64,000 bases of DNA. Origin: an uncultured Desulfuromonadaceae bacterium. GTDB lineage: Bacteria > SDB-A. The notes below the pieces were generated by a model. The model did not search any database. It was not told the DNA's origin and saw nothing but the letters and a program-made list of their open reading frames with translations. The stretch lies in assembly GCA_964397545.1 (NCBI GenBank), contig CAYNIW010000001.1:24714-88713 (forward strand). The letters are read 5' to 3'. The translations under genes and the position numbers were made by a program. Within the stretch, counting starts at the first letter, position 1. Each line of letters starts with the position of its first letter. This document shows positions 63,467-64,000 of the stretch, in pieces.

Positions 63467-63969
63467 TTTTCAGACCAGAGTATTGAATAAAAGCCTTTTT
63501 CCTCGACATTCACATTTTTGAATATGTGCTTCATCCTCTGAGCATACCCTGCCGTCCTGTGGACGACAAAAGCCGCTCTTCCGCCTTTTTTAAGAGATAA
63601 AAAAGCTTCTTTGAGAATAAAATCAGCCACAGAGCCCCCGAAATGAGTCGGAGGGTTGGAAACAAAAAAATCCGCCTTTCCGTGGAGTCTTTGAGGGATA
63701 TGGTCTTCGAAAATAACCTCGCAGTTGCCGGTTTCGTTAATAGAAGCGTTGTATTTACAGCATTTAATTGAAATAAGGTTGTTTTCTATGAGATGGCATC
63801 TGCCGGTCTTTTTAGAAAAATAAATTCCTATCGCGCCGTATCCTGATCCGAAATCTATAAGGGTCGAATCTTTTTCGGGGAAGACATTCTCGATTAAAAT
63901 TTTTGTCCCTTCGTCTATCTTTTTTCTCGAAAAAACACCTGGTAGCGTTTTGAAAGACAAATCGTCCAA
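63457..63969 (-). CDS. Class I SAM-dependent methyltransferase (small-domain RsmC/RsmD-like)
   Basis: SAM motif IDFGSGYGAIGI and substrate-binding NPPTH (NPPxH-type) motif. Confidence 0.6.
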   Translation of the reverse strand: MDDLSFKTLPGVFSRKKIDEGTKILIENVFPEKDSTLIDFGSGYGAIGIYFSKKTGRCHLIENNLISIKCCKYNASINETGNCEVIFEDHIPQRLHGKADFFVSNPPTHFGGSVADFILKEAFLSLKKGGRAAFVVHRTAGYAQRMKHIFKNVNVEEKGFYSILWSEKCS

Positions 63970-64000
63970 AACAATCTTTCGGCTGAAATCATGCGTTTCC

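Overview
Chromosomal segment of a low-to-moderate GC bacterium that carries type IX secretion (T9SS) hallmarks, so probably from the FCB group or a related candidate lineage; the taxon cannot be determined from sequence alone. Most of the window is ordinary, densely packed housekeeping DNA: ogg, nadE, mgtC, secDF, tgt, ackA, heptose/LPS genes, hisS, mnmG, and a long translationally coupled operon rplM-rpsI ... rpsB-tsf-pyrH-frr-uppS-cdsA-dxr-rseP-cinA-ddl-hldD-cysS, followed by uvrD, rnhC, purA and hutH. Three parts stand out. (1) A giant SprA-like outer-membrane protein (1888 aa) sits directly upstream of an adenylate-cyclase/AAA/TPR signalling protein, and a T9SS-sorted cargo protein lies elsewhere in the window. 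(2) An operon of a MATE-like exporter, a divergent PRPP-synthetase-like protein and a secreted protein. (3) A visibly AT-rich ~3.4 kb islet (about 58.2-61.6 kb) holding a translationally coupled Type II restriction-modification pair, a BrnT/BrnA toxin-antitoxin cassette whose toxin carries an in-frame TAA stop at codon 23 while the antitoxin is intact, a pair of 44-bp imperfect direct repeats bracketing that cassette, and a repeat- and hairpin-rich non-coding stretch. No rRNA, tRNA or CRISPR array was recognised. All calls rest on reading the ORF translations and the DNA by eye; no database search or computation was run.
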